A DNA stretch of 64,000 bases from Basidiobolus meristosporus CBS 931.73 (Eukaryota; Fungi; Basidiobolomycota): NCBI GenBank assembly GCA_002104905.1, contig MCFE01000431.1, positions 12,263 through 76,262 of the forward strand. Direction: 5' to 3'. The position numbers and the translations under genes were made by a program. Shown here in pieces: positions 35,901 through 49,893 of the stretch (position 1 is the stretch's first letter; each line of letters opens with the position of its first letter). The notes beneath the pieces are model-generated. The model had not been told where the DNA came from and did not search any database. It saw only the letters and a list, made by a program, of their open reading frames with translations.

Positions 35901-37939
35901 CAGAGTGCCGGGATCCCGTGTTGCTCAGACCTAGAGGCTCGGGAGTGCTGAGATTGCGAAGCATGTCATGTCCCAGGTATTTAGTAGCTCAGAAAGAGCT
36001 ATACTGGAGCTATGTTAAGCTGGAGGACCAGGGGAATGATTGGTGTGGTGCCTAGGTCGATCAGCATCCATGCATAGTCATCTGTGGATAGTTACCCGCG
36101 CTGCGGATGAGTGGGGATTTCGAAACTAGGGGCACGGAGGGCTGTCAAAGTACTGCTTTCGTTATGTCCGACATCTCATGACCTCCCAACAATCCGACTC
36201 TCCTTATTTCTCGGAGGTACAGGCAAATGGTATACTCTTGATTGGAATTGTTCCACCAGGTGTTAATCTTCACCTGCTTTTGGGTCGTTCGGAAGTGCAC
36301 TCCGTGGGTGGCATTACTCGTGTGCTTCCTACCAACCGTCATCACCGCTGGCCAGTGATGAAATCTCCCCCAACATGCTCATCACTGCCCGCCCAATCCA
36401 TGAACGCGTGATCATCTACACCAGCGCCGCTATTATAAGGGATTCGAGTAGTCGAGCACCGAGGCTGGTGTCCGAAAAATCTTGATATCGAAGGGGGTCT
36501 AGATGGTGATGTGGGGAAGACACCGAATCTGAGTCCACCGTGATTGATGCAGGATGCGCGGCATGCACCCTCGTACATCTGGGAATCCGGGTGGCCAGCA
36601 TCAAAACCGTGAGTCAGCCCGATGGAATGATGTCCCACTTCTCAATCAGTGATGTGCTTCCCAATGGTCGTGTTGGATGATCGTCATGATTTCCTTCCGA
36701 TTCGGGATGCTTGGCTTGGCGGCCCATATGAACATGTTTCGGAGGGCAGCCAGGTATTGGTGGTCGCAAGATCATCGCTCGGATCCATCTTGGATCCGTG
36801 GAAAGGTTGTGGCTAACTGCGGTACCCTCGGTAGCACCAGAAATGGGTGGACTCCACCATTTTGGGGCTATCGTCAGCATTTGGTCATGGATTCCCGCAC
36901 AACTCATATTCAGGAGGATCCCGTAGAAACGATTCTCGCCAAGCGGTGGGGAGGGGGGGTAGGAGAAATGGTTGTGCATTGAGCATGTCCATCTTCCGTT
37001 CCGCCCCCCTCGCCGCCTTCCAACAGTGGCCCATAGGTTACAATGAAGGAATCAAGGGCTGAATTTCCGGATGACTTCTTCACACCTCACCATCTCACAA
37101 TAATCCCGAGGCCCCAGATTGTTCACTAGCCAGCGTGGAGTCGGTGAAGTGAAAAACGGTGGCTTCCATTACCACTCCATACAGACTCGTTCTTACTTCT
37201 AGGCGCCCATGTGAGGTGCTTTGAAGATACGGTGACTATAAGTACTCCCGTTTCACATGCCCAGTCTGCTGCCCCACCGGTCGAGTGGCCGCCATATAGG
37301 ATCTTGGCCTTCGTATTTTACAGCGCTGTGGCTGACATCCTGTTGGATTGGGTTGAGCTGATTGGCGTCCAATGCTTATTTATCGGGATTCTTGGAGACT
37401 GTCGATCGTTTACCGTCTCGGCGGATTCGTAGTGGGGGAAGTACACGGAGCGGGATGCCACCTTGTGTCGTATCGTGGGCAAACCCGGGGGAGTACAATC
37501 CGGTCCCTTGCGCACATTCACCTCTTGGAGATGCACGATGTTTCTCGTTGGGCCCTCTAGCTGGGCAAGCCCTCTCTGCGCGAAGTATAACCAATGACTG
37601 GAGTATGAGGAGACTGGTGGGCTTGCTCCTTGAGAGGTTTCCCAGGCCCAAGTGAATCCAAATACGTGGCTATGTATCCGTCCCTGCGTTGACTGGTGGA
37701 GTCAAAGTGATGGTCAAGTCTAGATTCTCGAGGATGCCCAGGTTGAGAAGTCGATGGTTTCCAACAGGATCCAGTCTGATTTGCATGGATCCGAAGTATT
37801 CGCGGTGAAAATCAGGTCTCTCGTTTGGTATATAATGTATGCAAAACACGACCATCTCTTGGCAGCCTTATCGATCACTGATGGGTATGGCGGCATAGAA
37901 TGTGGAAGACAATCTTGATGATGCAAATGCCTCTGATCC

Positions 37940-38620
37940 GGGGTGTTGAGTGATGTTTGTATCGGCCACCACTGCTCTATTCACTCTGGGTACAAGTAGC
38001 TGCTCCCTGCTCAATATATGCTGGCAATATTCAAGTGCATTCTCTTCAGCACCGGGCAAGAAGATGTGCTATAACATCTTGATGTGCATATTCCTGCCCC
38101 AAAGTTCCACCATAAGCATTTTGATACATGTGTGGTATGTTCGCTTTGTTGCTTTGCTCACTGGTGGGATCTGCTCCCTCTACAGTGGGGAGGTGGGGGC
38201 TGGAGTAGAAAGAGTGCCTCACTCCAAAAGCTCACCAACCTGACTGGAGTATTGTTCACCTGGCTGCACTTCAATCTCCTGTGAAAATAGCTGTTGTCTT
38301 ATTGGTAATTCTTCCTGGCTAGTGTGGGACTTGGACTGTTGTTGGCTGACAGCATTGGTAATGGAAAACTGCAGCTTTTGTCTGATACTTCTCTGTTACT
38401 TGCTGGGGCATACTTTCTCTCCTTTCCCTTTGCCTTGACTACTGCCAGTGCCTTTGCTGCTACTCTGTTGGAGTGCTTCTTGTGTTGAGCTACATATGTT
38501 TCTTGATAAGTACCACAACAATCTTTCTGTGTCTATTTGCTTCTCCCTTGTTAGCTTGCTTTCAACCACTGGATGGTTCTTTGTTACTTGTTTATAGCTC
38601 TCTGCCATACACTTAATGTG
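37940..38620 (-). mobile_element. Decayed accessory-ORF fragment of a putative CACTA element
   Basis: Homologous to 63130-63790 (ENALEYC motif, K/G-rich SQGKGKG) and to 54940-55140. Confidence 0.55.
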
Positions 38621-40591
38621 TTCTCAAGGAAGCTGCTGTTTCTTGATGTGCCATGCTTGCTCTTTTGTTCTTAATGGATTCTAGACTTCTTGAACATTTT
38701 CTAAGCAAGTATATGCACACCCAAGGTCTGTTTTCTTATTTAAACTGAATATCCATCATGGTACAGGCTAAGTGCATTCTGCCTAGCCTTTTATTCAAGG
38801 TTTGCTAGCCTCTTTCTGATTGAGTGTCTGAGTTCTTATCACCTCTTCATTATCAGTCTATTGACCATCCTGAAGCTAAATGGCTATTTATATTGTAAAT
38901 GTCTTTTAATTTTTTGGCTTTAGTATATTTGTCACAGTTTCTCCCTCCTATGCTGCAAAGGGCCTGCCAGGTGCTTAACTAACCAGTGCATAGTACCACC
39001 CACCAACATATGTGCTCAGTCATACACTTTCAGCTTCTCTACTTCAAATACCTATAGTTTGTTGTAGATTCTGTGACTACACATTGGTATAGATCATACT
39101 TGGCCACTTGAAACAAAGTCTCCAAATCTTAGATAATTCCAGACAAATTTCCTACCAGGATATACCCAAATTCTATTTACCAAAACATCAGGTACTCAGA
39201 AATGGATGATATCAATGTACTACAAGCAGCCCCAGGCCTTGTCCCAATGCTCTGAGGTCTTTTCTCATCATTACTACTCAGGATTTGCACAAATCAAGGT
39301 TAAATAAAAGTACTACTCCTGCATTCAACAAATCACCAAGTGAGAGGAAGATAGTTTGCTGGCTGTCCCAATCACTCCCAATACACCAAGACTCTACAAC
39401 AAATTATATGCCTCAACCTTTTACTTTCTGACATGTATATCACTGCCATTGCTGGAGCTTGTTCCTGTGCAATAAAGCAGAATGGATCCAACTTCCATTT
39501 TAGGAAGGTGAAGATGATGCTAATTCTACAGGAAAGTGGTGTTGGGTTACTGTAATGGGAGAAGAATGCCCTCCTAAAAGCATAGGAGTGGTGGACTTAT
39601 AGTACCAGGGGAAAGAATGAAGCACTTTTGACCACATTACTGTAATTTCAAGGACAAGCTGCTGACTCAAAGCCAAGGAGCAAATAATACAAGAAATGCC
39701 TGAAGGGCACTAGAAGCCCCCTTTAAGCTATGTTTGGCAACTGGAACAATACATCAGCGCAAACCTCATAGGCAAAAACCATGGCCCCCAGAGAAAGTAC
39801 TCAAGACCTTTAAAGGGAGACAACACCCTTTCTTATAGCTACCACCAATGGAAGCAGCACAGGCTAGACCAATGCCTTTTAAAGAGCAACAATCAGGAAA
39901 AACATCATGAAAATAGAAGTTCCACAACTTTTAAAGATAGAATGTTAAGATCTGCACTTAGTATGAGTTCAAACAAAGAAATACATACATGGCTTACTGA
40001 ATCTGGAACATCTTAGAGATTAGCCCATCAAACACATTTTGACACAATATCTTAAAGTGCAATGAAGAACATTTTCACATGTAATGAGCCCCCTCACAAG
40101 AACCAAGGTATGACCAGCACAATAGTGTCATAATATCAGCTGAATCCCAACCTTCTCAAACTTTGTAGCATCAATATCACAGGGACCAACTATTTAGCAG
40201 AGAAGTAGGTACATCTTTCAGGAGGAAAGTTGACCAGCCAGCATTGTAACCCAAGTTTTGATCAGCTATTCCCTATCTGTACCAAGAGTAGCAACTAAAA
40301 GCATGCAGGAGAAACACCAGCTGAATGCCAGTAAGTTTTTGGTAGATTACCAGCCAAATAGCAGTAGATTATGTAATGTTTCCAAGTGGGATATTTATCA
40401 TATGGGGACTAAAATTCTGAAACAAATAGGAAAGGAACCACTCATGTAAGTCTTTGAAGTAATGAAGCATGCTGTAAACCAAACTTTAAGGTAGTACTCA
40501 ATATACTAGCAATAGCCATGAGCCTACATTTGCAAACTGGATCAGAATAGCAAAGAATTAGACTTAGTTTTGACAATTCTGGGCTTCAAAT

Positions 40592-42600
40592 TGTTGCAAG
40601 ATTCTTGGAGATATATATGATTCATTGAATGTAAAAGTGTATTTATACTTTTACATGGTCTTGCATTAAAAACATATAGAAAAGGTTAAAGAAGGTCCCA
40701 AGAATATGTGTGCAAAGTGTGGGGCTGTTTGGACAACTTTGAGAATTTTCATGTCCTGGGTACCTGGTATTTTGGTGAAAATATTCTAAGTAAATTCCAA
40801 CAAGGAATTTGATCAGTATTCTGTAAGATTTGAAGGTAATGATCTAAGTGACTAAGTTAGGTGAGTATTTAGGTGGAAATACAAATATTTTACAACACTC
40901 CTACTCAGCTAAATGTTCATACCAACTAGTCCTAATTTTGGCCTAAGATATTCAAACTTGTCTCTAGCTAATGTTTTTTAAATATGTCTGCAATCATTTC
41001 ATCTGAAGGACAGTAAACTAAGCTAACTAAGTTATTCTCTATAGCTTCACATATGAAATGATGTCTAATAACTATATGCTTAGTTCAAGCATGAAAAGTT
41101 GAATTTCTACCCAATTGTATACATCCTTGATTATCTTGAAATAGAGTAATAGGTGTTTTTGACATAGGCCTAAATCTGTAACAAGCTTTCTTAACCACAT
41201 TACTTCTTTTGTAGCTTCACAGGCTACCATATACTCCGCCTCTGTGGTAGAAAGTGCTACAGTTGGTTGCTTTCTTGAATTCCATGAAATTGTTCCTTGA
41301 CAGTAAAGAAAGGTGTATCCTGTGATACATCTTCTGTCTTCTAAATTTTGTCCCCAATCAGCATTGGAGTATTCCACAAAATCCTGTCGTGAATCCTTAT
41401 AAGTGTATCTTAAGCAGATATTGGCAGTTCCTTTTAGATATCTAAAAATCCCCTTAACTGCTGCAATATGATCAGATCCATTGTTCTGATTATACTGGCT
41501 AACAACTCCCACTGAATATGAGATATCTGGACGTGTTTCAAGCATGATATATGCTAGACTGCTGACCATAGGCTGATAAGGAAAGTCAGGGCTTTCAGAT
41601 TGTGTCAAGCTCTCTTGATTTTGTTGAGCTTTGACCAAGTTAAGGTTTGTCTCCATTGGGGTAGCTGCTGGTTTCCAGTCTTCCATTTGGTATCTCTTTA
41701 GTATATCTTGAATATACTTGGATTGGCTTAGGGTAATAGTTTGGATACTGCTGTCTATGGAGAACTAAATCCCTAAGTGGTAACTGAGTTCTCCTAGACT
41801 GGACATCTTGAGCACCTCAGATAGGCTGGATTTAGTCTCTTCCAATGTTTCCAGGTTATTGGTGGCTATGATAAGATCATCCACATATAGAGCTAATAGA
41901 ACTGGATTTGCTCTACCTGGCTTATTGTATATACTATAGTCAGCATTACTCCTTTTGAAACTCAAAGATTCCAAATAAGAATCTATCATGCAATTCCAGG
42001 CAGTATAGTCAAGACCTTTTATGTGAGAGTATCCTTTGGCCACAAGTCTGGCTTTGCATCTTTCAATTGTACCATCAGCCTTGTATTTTGTCTTGAAGAC
42101 CCATCTGCATCCAATTGACTTTTGGTTGATTGGTAACTTGACTAAGTTGCAAGTTTAATTTTCCATTAGGGCCTGACATTCCTGATTCATTGCAGATCTC
42201 CAAAACTTTGTCTGAGGGCTGTTTAGGGCCTCTTTCAGAGTCTAGGGTTCATCAATACGCACTGAATAGGCATAGGCTCAGTTTATACCCTCATTGATAT
42301 AGTAATTTGGGCTATTTCTTGTCCAATTAGATCTCCAGGCATTTGATATTGGAATAATCACTTCTGGGATATTTGTCATCTGATGTCATTTTTTGTAAAA
42401 ATTTTGAATTTTCATCAAGCACATATCCCTGGACTTGAGTAGCTTCTTTGCTTTGGTACCGTAGAGTCTGTATGGTTTACTCTCACTTTAGTAACCAAAA
42501 AATATGCATTTTACCTTTTTGGCTCAAATTTTGACTGAATTCTGGGCAGTTTCTTGGCATATGCTGTGGGCCTAAATATTCTTAAAATCAAATGACAGAC
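40592..42600 (-). mobile_element. Copia family A 3' half: integrase tail, RT, RNase H and 3' LTR (40592-40897)
   Basis: YVDDLII, TRPDISYSVG, YSNADWG, SWNSRKQPTVALSTTEAEY. PPT then a TGTTG..CAACA LTR. Confidence 0.92.
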
Positions 42601-42629
42601 TTAGTGAAGTATCCAATCAACCAAAGATC

Positions 42630-44450
42630 ATTTGTATACATGTGGGACCTTGAAAAAGCTACAAGGCTAATGGTAGAGCTGAAAGATATAAAGCAAGACT
42701 AGTGGCCAAGGAATACTCTCAAACAACAGGACTTTACAACGCTTAGATCTTTAGGCCAACAGACAAGTTTAATACCCTCAAGTTAATAGTGGCTATTGCA
42801 GCCAAGTACAATTTTTTTATTCATCCAATGGATATAAAGACTGCATTTCTGAATGGGAAACTTAATGAGGATATGTACATAGAGCAGCCTGATGAGATTG
42901 CTGACCAAGAAAGCCCCCTATTGGTCTGAATGCTTAATAAATCCCTAAGAAAATCTCAAACTTGAAATTCATCTGATTTTTAGCTTGTATTCTGCCAGTA
43001 TTTTGCTGGTACTCAGCTGGTGTTCTGGGTCAAATATTTCAAATGCCATTTTTGATAGAAGTAATGGGCAGATAATTACCAAATTTGGCATGGATGCTAG
43101 TTTGCCTAGCCTCCTCCTGGAAGACTTGTTTGCTAGCATGCCCATCAGCTCAGAACAGAGATACTGAGAATGGTCAACTTTGACAAACTTGTGATTCAGC
43201 TGACACTCTGATGGTATTTTGCTGGTATTTTCTCAATTTTTTCTTAGGGGAATCTCTACAGTCTGAAACAGTTACCAAGAGCCTGGAATTGCAAGATGGA
43301 TTGTTAATTTGAATCCAAGAGTGTCCAAAGGAATACTGCTGACTAAAGCATCTACTATTAGCCAGACCAGGTAAATCCAGCTCTATTAACCCAACATAGG
43401 ATGAACTCATTATAGCCATCAATAAACAAATATTATTGGAAGAGACAAAATCTAGCCTATCTGTGGAGTTCAAGATGTCCAATCTAGGAGTGCCCAGTTG
43501 CTACTTAGAGGTAAAGTTCTCCATAGAAGTACCCACACTATGGCCCTAAGCCAACTCAAGAATACTCAAGATTTATTCAAGAAGTACAAAATGGTAGCCA
43601 GTAAACTTGCAGCCACCCCAATGGAGACAAACCTTAAACCTAATCAAAATTCAGCCAAATCAAGAGAGATTGGTGCCATCTGCAGTCCCAGACTTCCCTT
43701 ACCAATCTATGGCCTGTAGTCTGATGTATATTATGCCACAAAAGTGTCCAGATATCTTACATTTGGTGGGAGTTGTCTGCCAGCATGACCTGAGCTATAA
43801 TCTGATCATATTGTGGCAGTTGAACAGATTTTGGGATACCCAAAAGGAGCTGCTGATGTTTATTTAGGATTCTCCTATTAGTATTCACATCAGGCTCTTT
43901 GAGGATACTCTGACACTAATTGGGACAATACTCAGAGTATCTAAGATCCACCACTAGATCCACCATTCTTTAATATAACGGAGCAATTTGATGAGGTCCA
44001 AGAGAGCAGCAAACCATAACACTATCCACCACAGAGGCAGTGTATATGACAGCTTGGGAAGCTACAAAAGAAGCAATGTTGCCTAGAAATCTTTTGGAAG
44101 ACTTATTCTGGTGTCAAAAAAAGCCCAAAACTTTATTTAAGATAATTAGTGACATAAACAATCAAGTAAATTTTGAATTTTCATGCTAAAGCTAAGCACA
44201 TGTATATTAGACATCATTGCAAACATGAAGCTATAGAAGATAAGTTATTTAACTTGGCTTACTGTCCAACAGATGAAACAATTGCTGACATATTCACCAT
44301 AACATTAGTTAGAAACAAATTTCAATAACTTAGGTTAAGCTCAGGGCCAGTCAGTAGGAACATCTGGTTAAGTGGAAGTGTTGCAAAAGTCTGTAATTCC
44401 ATCTTAATACTCACCTAATGCAGTCACTTATATCCTCACCTACAAATATC
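42630..44450 (+). mobile_element. Copia family A 3' half in the opposite orientation, with a partial 3' LTR from 44379
   Basis: YKARLVAK, MDIKTAFLNG, TPMETNL, PDFPYQSM. PPT AAGTGGAAG followed by TGTTGCAAAA. Heavily degraded. Confidence 0.85.
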
Positions 44451-45199
44451 AGCAAATACTGCACAAGTCAGGTTAATGGGCTTACTGAGCAACATAGCCA
44501 CAGTTAATCTGCATGCTGAAATGATATCAACTTGGTCTCAAATAGTTACTATGAGCCTGTAATAGGAAGATAGATGCTTATCTGTAATGCCTGAGCCACA
44601 AGTGTGGTACTGCAAGTTATAATATCTGCTATATGCTGTATAGAACAAATCCTACACTACTTGCACTTAGTGAGGATAGTCTTATCTTAGCCACTAAAAG
44701 CCATTAGGCATTGCAAAAGACTAAACCCTGCCCATGTGAGGGGCTCATCATGTCCAATCTTTGAAGTTTAGCAACTAATTAGGGATAAAGTTTTCTCTAG
44801 ACAAGAATGTGGGTTATTACTGACTGTACTTTGTAAGTGGGAGAGCTTGTAGGTCAAGTCAGTATCACTTGGCTCAGAATAGCTTCCAATAGAAGGTAGC
44901 AAGGTATTGAAGACTTGTGTTTATTCCCTCCAAATCTTCCTGTCCTCTCACTTGGCTCAATTGGATAAATATATATATCACTTGGGGGGGCTTAGATAAT
45001 AGACAATATGTTATAAAATAGGGGTGTGGACACCTTCCTGTTATGGTAAGTGTGCTAACTAGATAAGGGCAGCAATAGGAGGGAGGATGTGTGGGGGAAC
45101 TATAGGGAGGATATTGGGGGACTTTGGTAGGACTCTGGGGAGAACTCTTGGGCAAAGAGTGGGTACTACATTTAGTACTCACAAAGAACGCTATGAACA

Positions 45200-45830
45200 T
45201 CATCTTAAGCCAGTCCAGATACTTGCAGGATAACCTCAGGATGGAGCAAATAAGACATTGTAAACCAGCTGCTGGCCCAATTACATCAAGCCTTGACTCT
45301 GTCAGTACTTAGCCTATTCAACAGAGCTGAGCTCTGTAAAGGTCCAGACTTCTTTCACAAATGTATGGTCAGCAGTTTGATACAAACTATGCAAGGAGCA
45401 TATCCAGATGTCTCTTATTTAGTAAGAATTACCAGTCAATGTAATCAGCGCCATCAATCTGCGGATAGTGTAGCAACAAGTTAGATATTTGATGCCTAAA
45501 ATGAGTTGGGGATATTTGATCAAAGAATGGCAGTAAGGATGCAGAGGAGAATTCTTGGGTATACATTCATCCTGAATGGGATATTGCATATTTATATGGG
45601 AAAAACTGGATAATCTGAATCACTGTGTATTTGTAGCAATAAAGTAGTATTTGGGCATAGAGAAACTAACAAGAAGTTGCAATAAAAGCAAAACTGTGTT
45701 CAATTATATAGAAGTTCAGTGTTTCTACCTATGTAGAAGTAATACAACTGTAACACTAAGGTTAGACAGTTTCTCAATATTCTGGAGCATAATATCACAA
45801 TTTCAGGGTAATACCATAATACTCTAAGAT
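45200..45830. mobile_element. Copia RT/RNase H scraps plus a partial LTR similar to 61878-62246
   Basis: IILSQSRYLQD, YPDVSYLV. 45700-45830 resembles 61960-62060. Confidence 0.55.
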
Positions 45831-48170
45831 TCTGTACTTAGTTGTCACTTTGGTTTGGTAAGATCATTCAAGAGTTTTGTTACACTTTTCTCTTGGATAC
45901 CATAGTTTCTTTGTTGAATTCCATTACAGTCAACTGCTTTACAAGATGTCCTCAGCAGCAAGCAATATAAATCTTTCCATATTGGAAGAGCCCTAAGGAA
46001 TCAGCAAGAGCTTTCTGAGCAGCCTGAAAACAATATGTGTGAAAGAGATACCTGGATGCATCAACACTGAAAGCTTATCAAGACCAGATCTGACAATCAC
46101 TGTAGAGATGAACTTCATGAATTTATATCTGGTTACCATGATAAAATTGGAATAATCATAGAAACTCTGGGAAATGTTGCAATAGTAGTTATCAGCATTG
46201 AAAATCTACCAAGCCTTGCTCTTCATCAGCTACCAGGAAGTCATGCCTTTGGATCCTCCAGATATACATCTTACTCTAGATCTGCCAGAGTGGTTGTCTA
46301 AGGATCCTTGCCCCTTAATACTGAAGGAGCCAATGCAATCAAGAATCCTATTGAGTTTCTTTAAAAGCTTAGTCACACTGTAGCTGCACACCAGCTAGAC
46401 CCTGACACCAATTGAGCTAGACTTCTGCCTCTCTGTCTCACCATGCAAGTCACTGATTGAATTGAAGTCAGCATTTGTTTCAATTGTGCGTGGAAAATTG
46501 CCTAAACCACTATTGCAGCCATTTGAAGATCCCCTCAAGAAACCACATTTAAACTGCAACTTATGGAAGACTAATATGCAAGAAGAAGAATTTGTGCAGC
46601 ACTTCTGTGATGTATTCCAGAGACTTATGGGATTAGCTGGAGTCAGCAATGCTAATCCATTGCTTACTTCTCTTTTTCTTTAAAATTTTCACACCAGCTA
46701 CCAAGCAATATTGCTATTGCTAAAGCATGCAACCTTGCACATAATTATGACAAGATCTCAGAGACACGTAAACTTGCAATCACTGTGCCTGCAGCTGTTA
46801 ACCAGGCTTCAGGTGACTTCACTCAAGATCTAGCAACAACTAAAAAAGAGGACTGTCATGTGACCAAGAAGAAGGCAACTGCTACCAAGTATTGTGAGCT
46901 TCATGGAAGATGCTAACACTCTACCAGTGAATGTAAAGGCATCAGTAAGCAGTCAAGCAAGTCAGCAAACACCTTAGAAAAGCAGCAAAACACCAAAATT
47001 GATAATCCATATGCCAATGACAAATGCTTCAAATGTGCAAAGGTGGGACATTTATCTCCTACCTGTCCTGCAAAGAATTCTACATCATTGACAAAAGTTA
47101 CTCATATCCTAGATGATCACTCAGCCAATGACACAACAGAGTATGAGGAAGCATGTAAAGAACTTACAGTTCAGGATTATCACAACCTCTTTGAATATCC
47201 AACTAAAATTGCTACTGCTCAAGAGATGATGCAACCTATGACACAGCTAGAAGCCATAGAGGTGTCACTGACCTTGGATGGCCAAATGTATGTAGCACTA
47301 CTGGATACTGGATCATCCAGCTCTATTGTATCACCTATTGTAGCTAAAAAACTCAAATTCAAAATTGAAAACACGCTGGAAAAATCATGGTTAAACCTAA
47401 GGACCTCTCAGCCCCTAGAGTTGGTATCACAAACCCAATAGACATACATTGTGGCTCAAACTATAATCCAACAAGTAGAAGTTATCAACATTCCAGATGG
47501 CCATACAAGGAAACCAAGCCATTCCATAGAACAGTTTCTGCACTATTTCAGAATCCATTGTCACACTAGAAACCCCATCTGGTGAGTCAACATGGAGGAG
47601 GCAATACCTAATTCTGCATTGATGTCAACATTTAGTTGATGAAATAGTCCAAAAGTGGGCTGACCATGGATTCATTACCCAAGCTCCTATCAGCACAACA
47701 TTCAACAGCCCTTTGATGCTTGCACCTAAGAAAGATGCTGATGCAAATCTAACTCTGAAGAGACCCTGTTAGGACCCCAGATCTCTGCACAAGCTTCTCC
47801 AAGATGATAAATTTCCAACTCCAAGAATCCAGGATATCTTTTCCTCTCTATCAGGGGCAGAGGTATGCTCCAAGTTGGACTTGAAGTATACATAAAACCA
47901 ACTCCAGATCCATTGTGATCATGAGCATAAGACTGCCTGTACTTGGAATAATATGCAATGGATGTTTCAGGGTGCCCCCTATGGCCTAAAGGCACATGCC
48001 AGCAGGTTCAAGAGAGTCATGGCCACAATGCTCAAGAATGCACCATATGTCTTAGTATTTGTTGATGATGTCATCACATTTTCTTCAGACTAGAATGTTC
48101 ATATTACTCATGTCAGTAATGTAATCAAAAGACTGACAGCCACTGGACTGATTTTTAGTGCTGAAAATTC
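45822..48170 (+). mobile_element. Ty3/gypsy family B: partial 5' LTR (45822-45904), gag, protease, RT; truncated
   Basis: CELHGxxxHSTSEC and CFKCAKVGHLSPTC knuckles, ALLDTGS protease, FPTPRIQDIF, SKLDL, PYGL, VFVDDV. Confidence 0.88.
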
Positions 48171-48889
48171 CTATGAAAAATAATTTGGTCCCACAGATGG
48201 ATTGTTGTGCTGTATTATGATTTGTTTAGGGCTTGTTCCACAATGTAGAGGCTAATCAACAATATACAACAACCTCCTTAATGCTAATACTGAACTAGCT
48301 TATTGGAAGCTTAATATACAAATAGAAGATATAACTTTCATTAATAACAGCAATCTTAGGTTCAAAATATTCTGTAGACAGTGTTTCTCACTTGTACAGC
48401 AGTGTTCTGACCTTCTACCAACTATTGGCCTTATTTACTTTTGTAGTAACTTCTCTATTTGAAGGTCACTTTCCTTTCTAAGATTATATTTCTTAATATG
48501 GAAGTTTTGAACTCCCCTTTAACCTAAAGGGGTATGGTGTAGTGGTATCTAAAGGGGCGTCCTTAGAGTAAAGGGGTTTCTTAGAGGGGACTTTTCCAAT
48601 AGAAAAGTGGTAGTTTTCTTGTAGATCATAGATTAGATTCCTGAGAGCTGTGCAGTTTCTTTACTGATGTGGTACCAATCAAAGTCAGAATACTCTGCAG
48701 TGCAAGTGATGTAATGGAAGTCTTATGACCATTAGATTTGTAATTGTAGTGTGGAGATTCTGGAAAAGGAGGCTCTCCTTTATTTTTCATCTGGGGAAGT
48801 CATATTAATGTAAATTCTGAGGGATCAAAGTCTTCAGATGATTGTGCAAGCAATACATGGGATACAAAGCTAAAATTTTGCAGTGGCAC

Positions 48890-49893
48890 TGTGGTGGTGT
48901 ATAAGTCCAAGGGAGAGATATGTCCAACACTTCTGAAGTGTTTTGTGTGTGGAGTGTTCACTGGGTGCAATAACATCTAGCAAAAGCTTGCTGGGAATAT
49001 TTGGGTTCAGTATCTAATCTAATGTGATGGAGAATAAAGTCATAAACTTGTCAAGGGAAACTATTAAGCTACAATCCCCAACTAAGTTTGTGTCTTAACA
49101 AAAGTTTGTGCTGGGTTCAGCAATCTTTGAGATGACAATGTACTAAAACCTCCAATGTCAATACAATGGTAAACTCCACCAGCAGGGACTTGATAAGAAT
49201 GCAGCTGTGGTCAAAAGTTACGAAGACAGAAAAGTATCTTTGCCTGTACAAGAACAAGCTTGGGAAAGAATCATATAATAAAAGATACCTACTCTAAGTA
49301 TTTGTCACAAGTAGTGCCTCCAAGGTCAGTTGGCTGCCAGCCCGGTTTCCTGGGAGTGTCCTGTGGTCTAGGGTTGAAAGCTCAGGTGGCAGCAGGTAGC
49401 AATGATCACACTAATCAACAAGTCAGTATATTGATAAAAGGGATGATGATTTGTTGTTGAGGGATTGCTTCCCTTATATACTTTTCTCACTGGCCAAGCG
49501 ATTACTAATCATGGTGCTCCAGAAGGTTCCGGAGATCAATAGAAATCTTAATGACATCAGAATGAGCTAAGAAAATGCTAAGTAGGTGCTGGAAGGTTCT
49601 AAGAGGCACAGCACATTCAATCAATCAGGAATCAGTACTCTGAAACCTGTGTAACATAGGGGTACCATATATGGTATAGAAATGATAGGGATGGTTACAT
49701 GGGTTGACCATGTGTCATAGGTATTGGTGCAGCTACTTACCTAATATAGAAGCTCTTACAGCCAGTAATCTTACATACGGTGAGGGATAACTTATGCAAC
49801 AAGGTAAGCAAGTGTGATAGTCAGTTGGCTTATTGGATAGTACTGATCAAGTAAGACAAATGGGATAAAACTAAAATAAGTGTAGTAGAGAAA
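48890..49893 (-). mobile_element. Family-D LTR, inverted and truncated at one end
   Basis: Reverse complement of 55240-56224. Begins TGTGGTGGTG. Confidence 0.9.

Noticed and set aside
37876-37880. CACTG as a CACTA terminus
   Set aside because: No matching inverted end or 3-bp TSD could be located.
33000-37900. Numerous 60-150 aa ORFs in the track
   Set aside because: They overlap on both strands, lack motifs and promoter support, and are expected by chance at this GC content.
38700-40590. LINE element
   Set aside because: CpG-depleted and TE-like, but only faint RT-like fragments; it cannot be classified.
48513-48545. Helitron 3' end
   Set aside because: The hairpin is not followed by CTRR at the expected distance on either strand.
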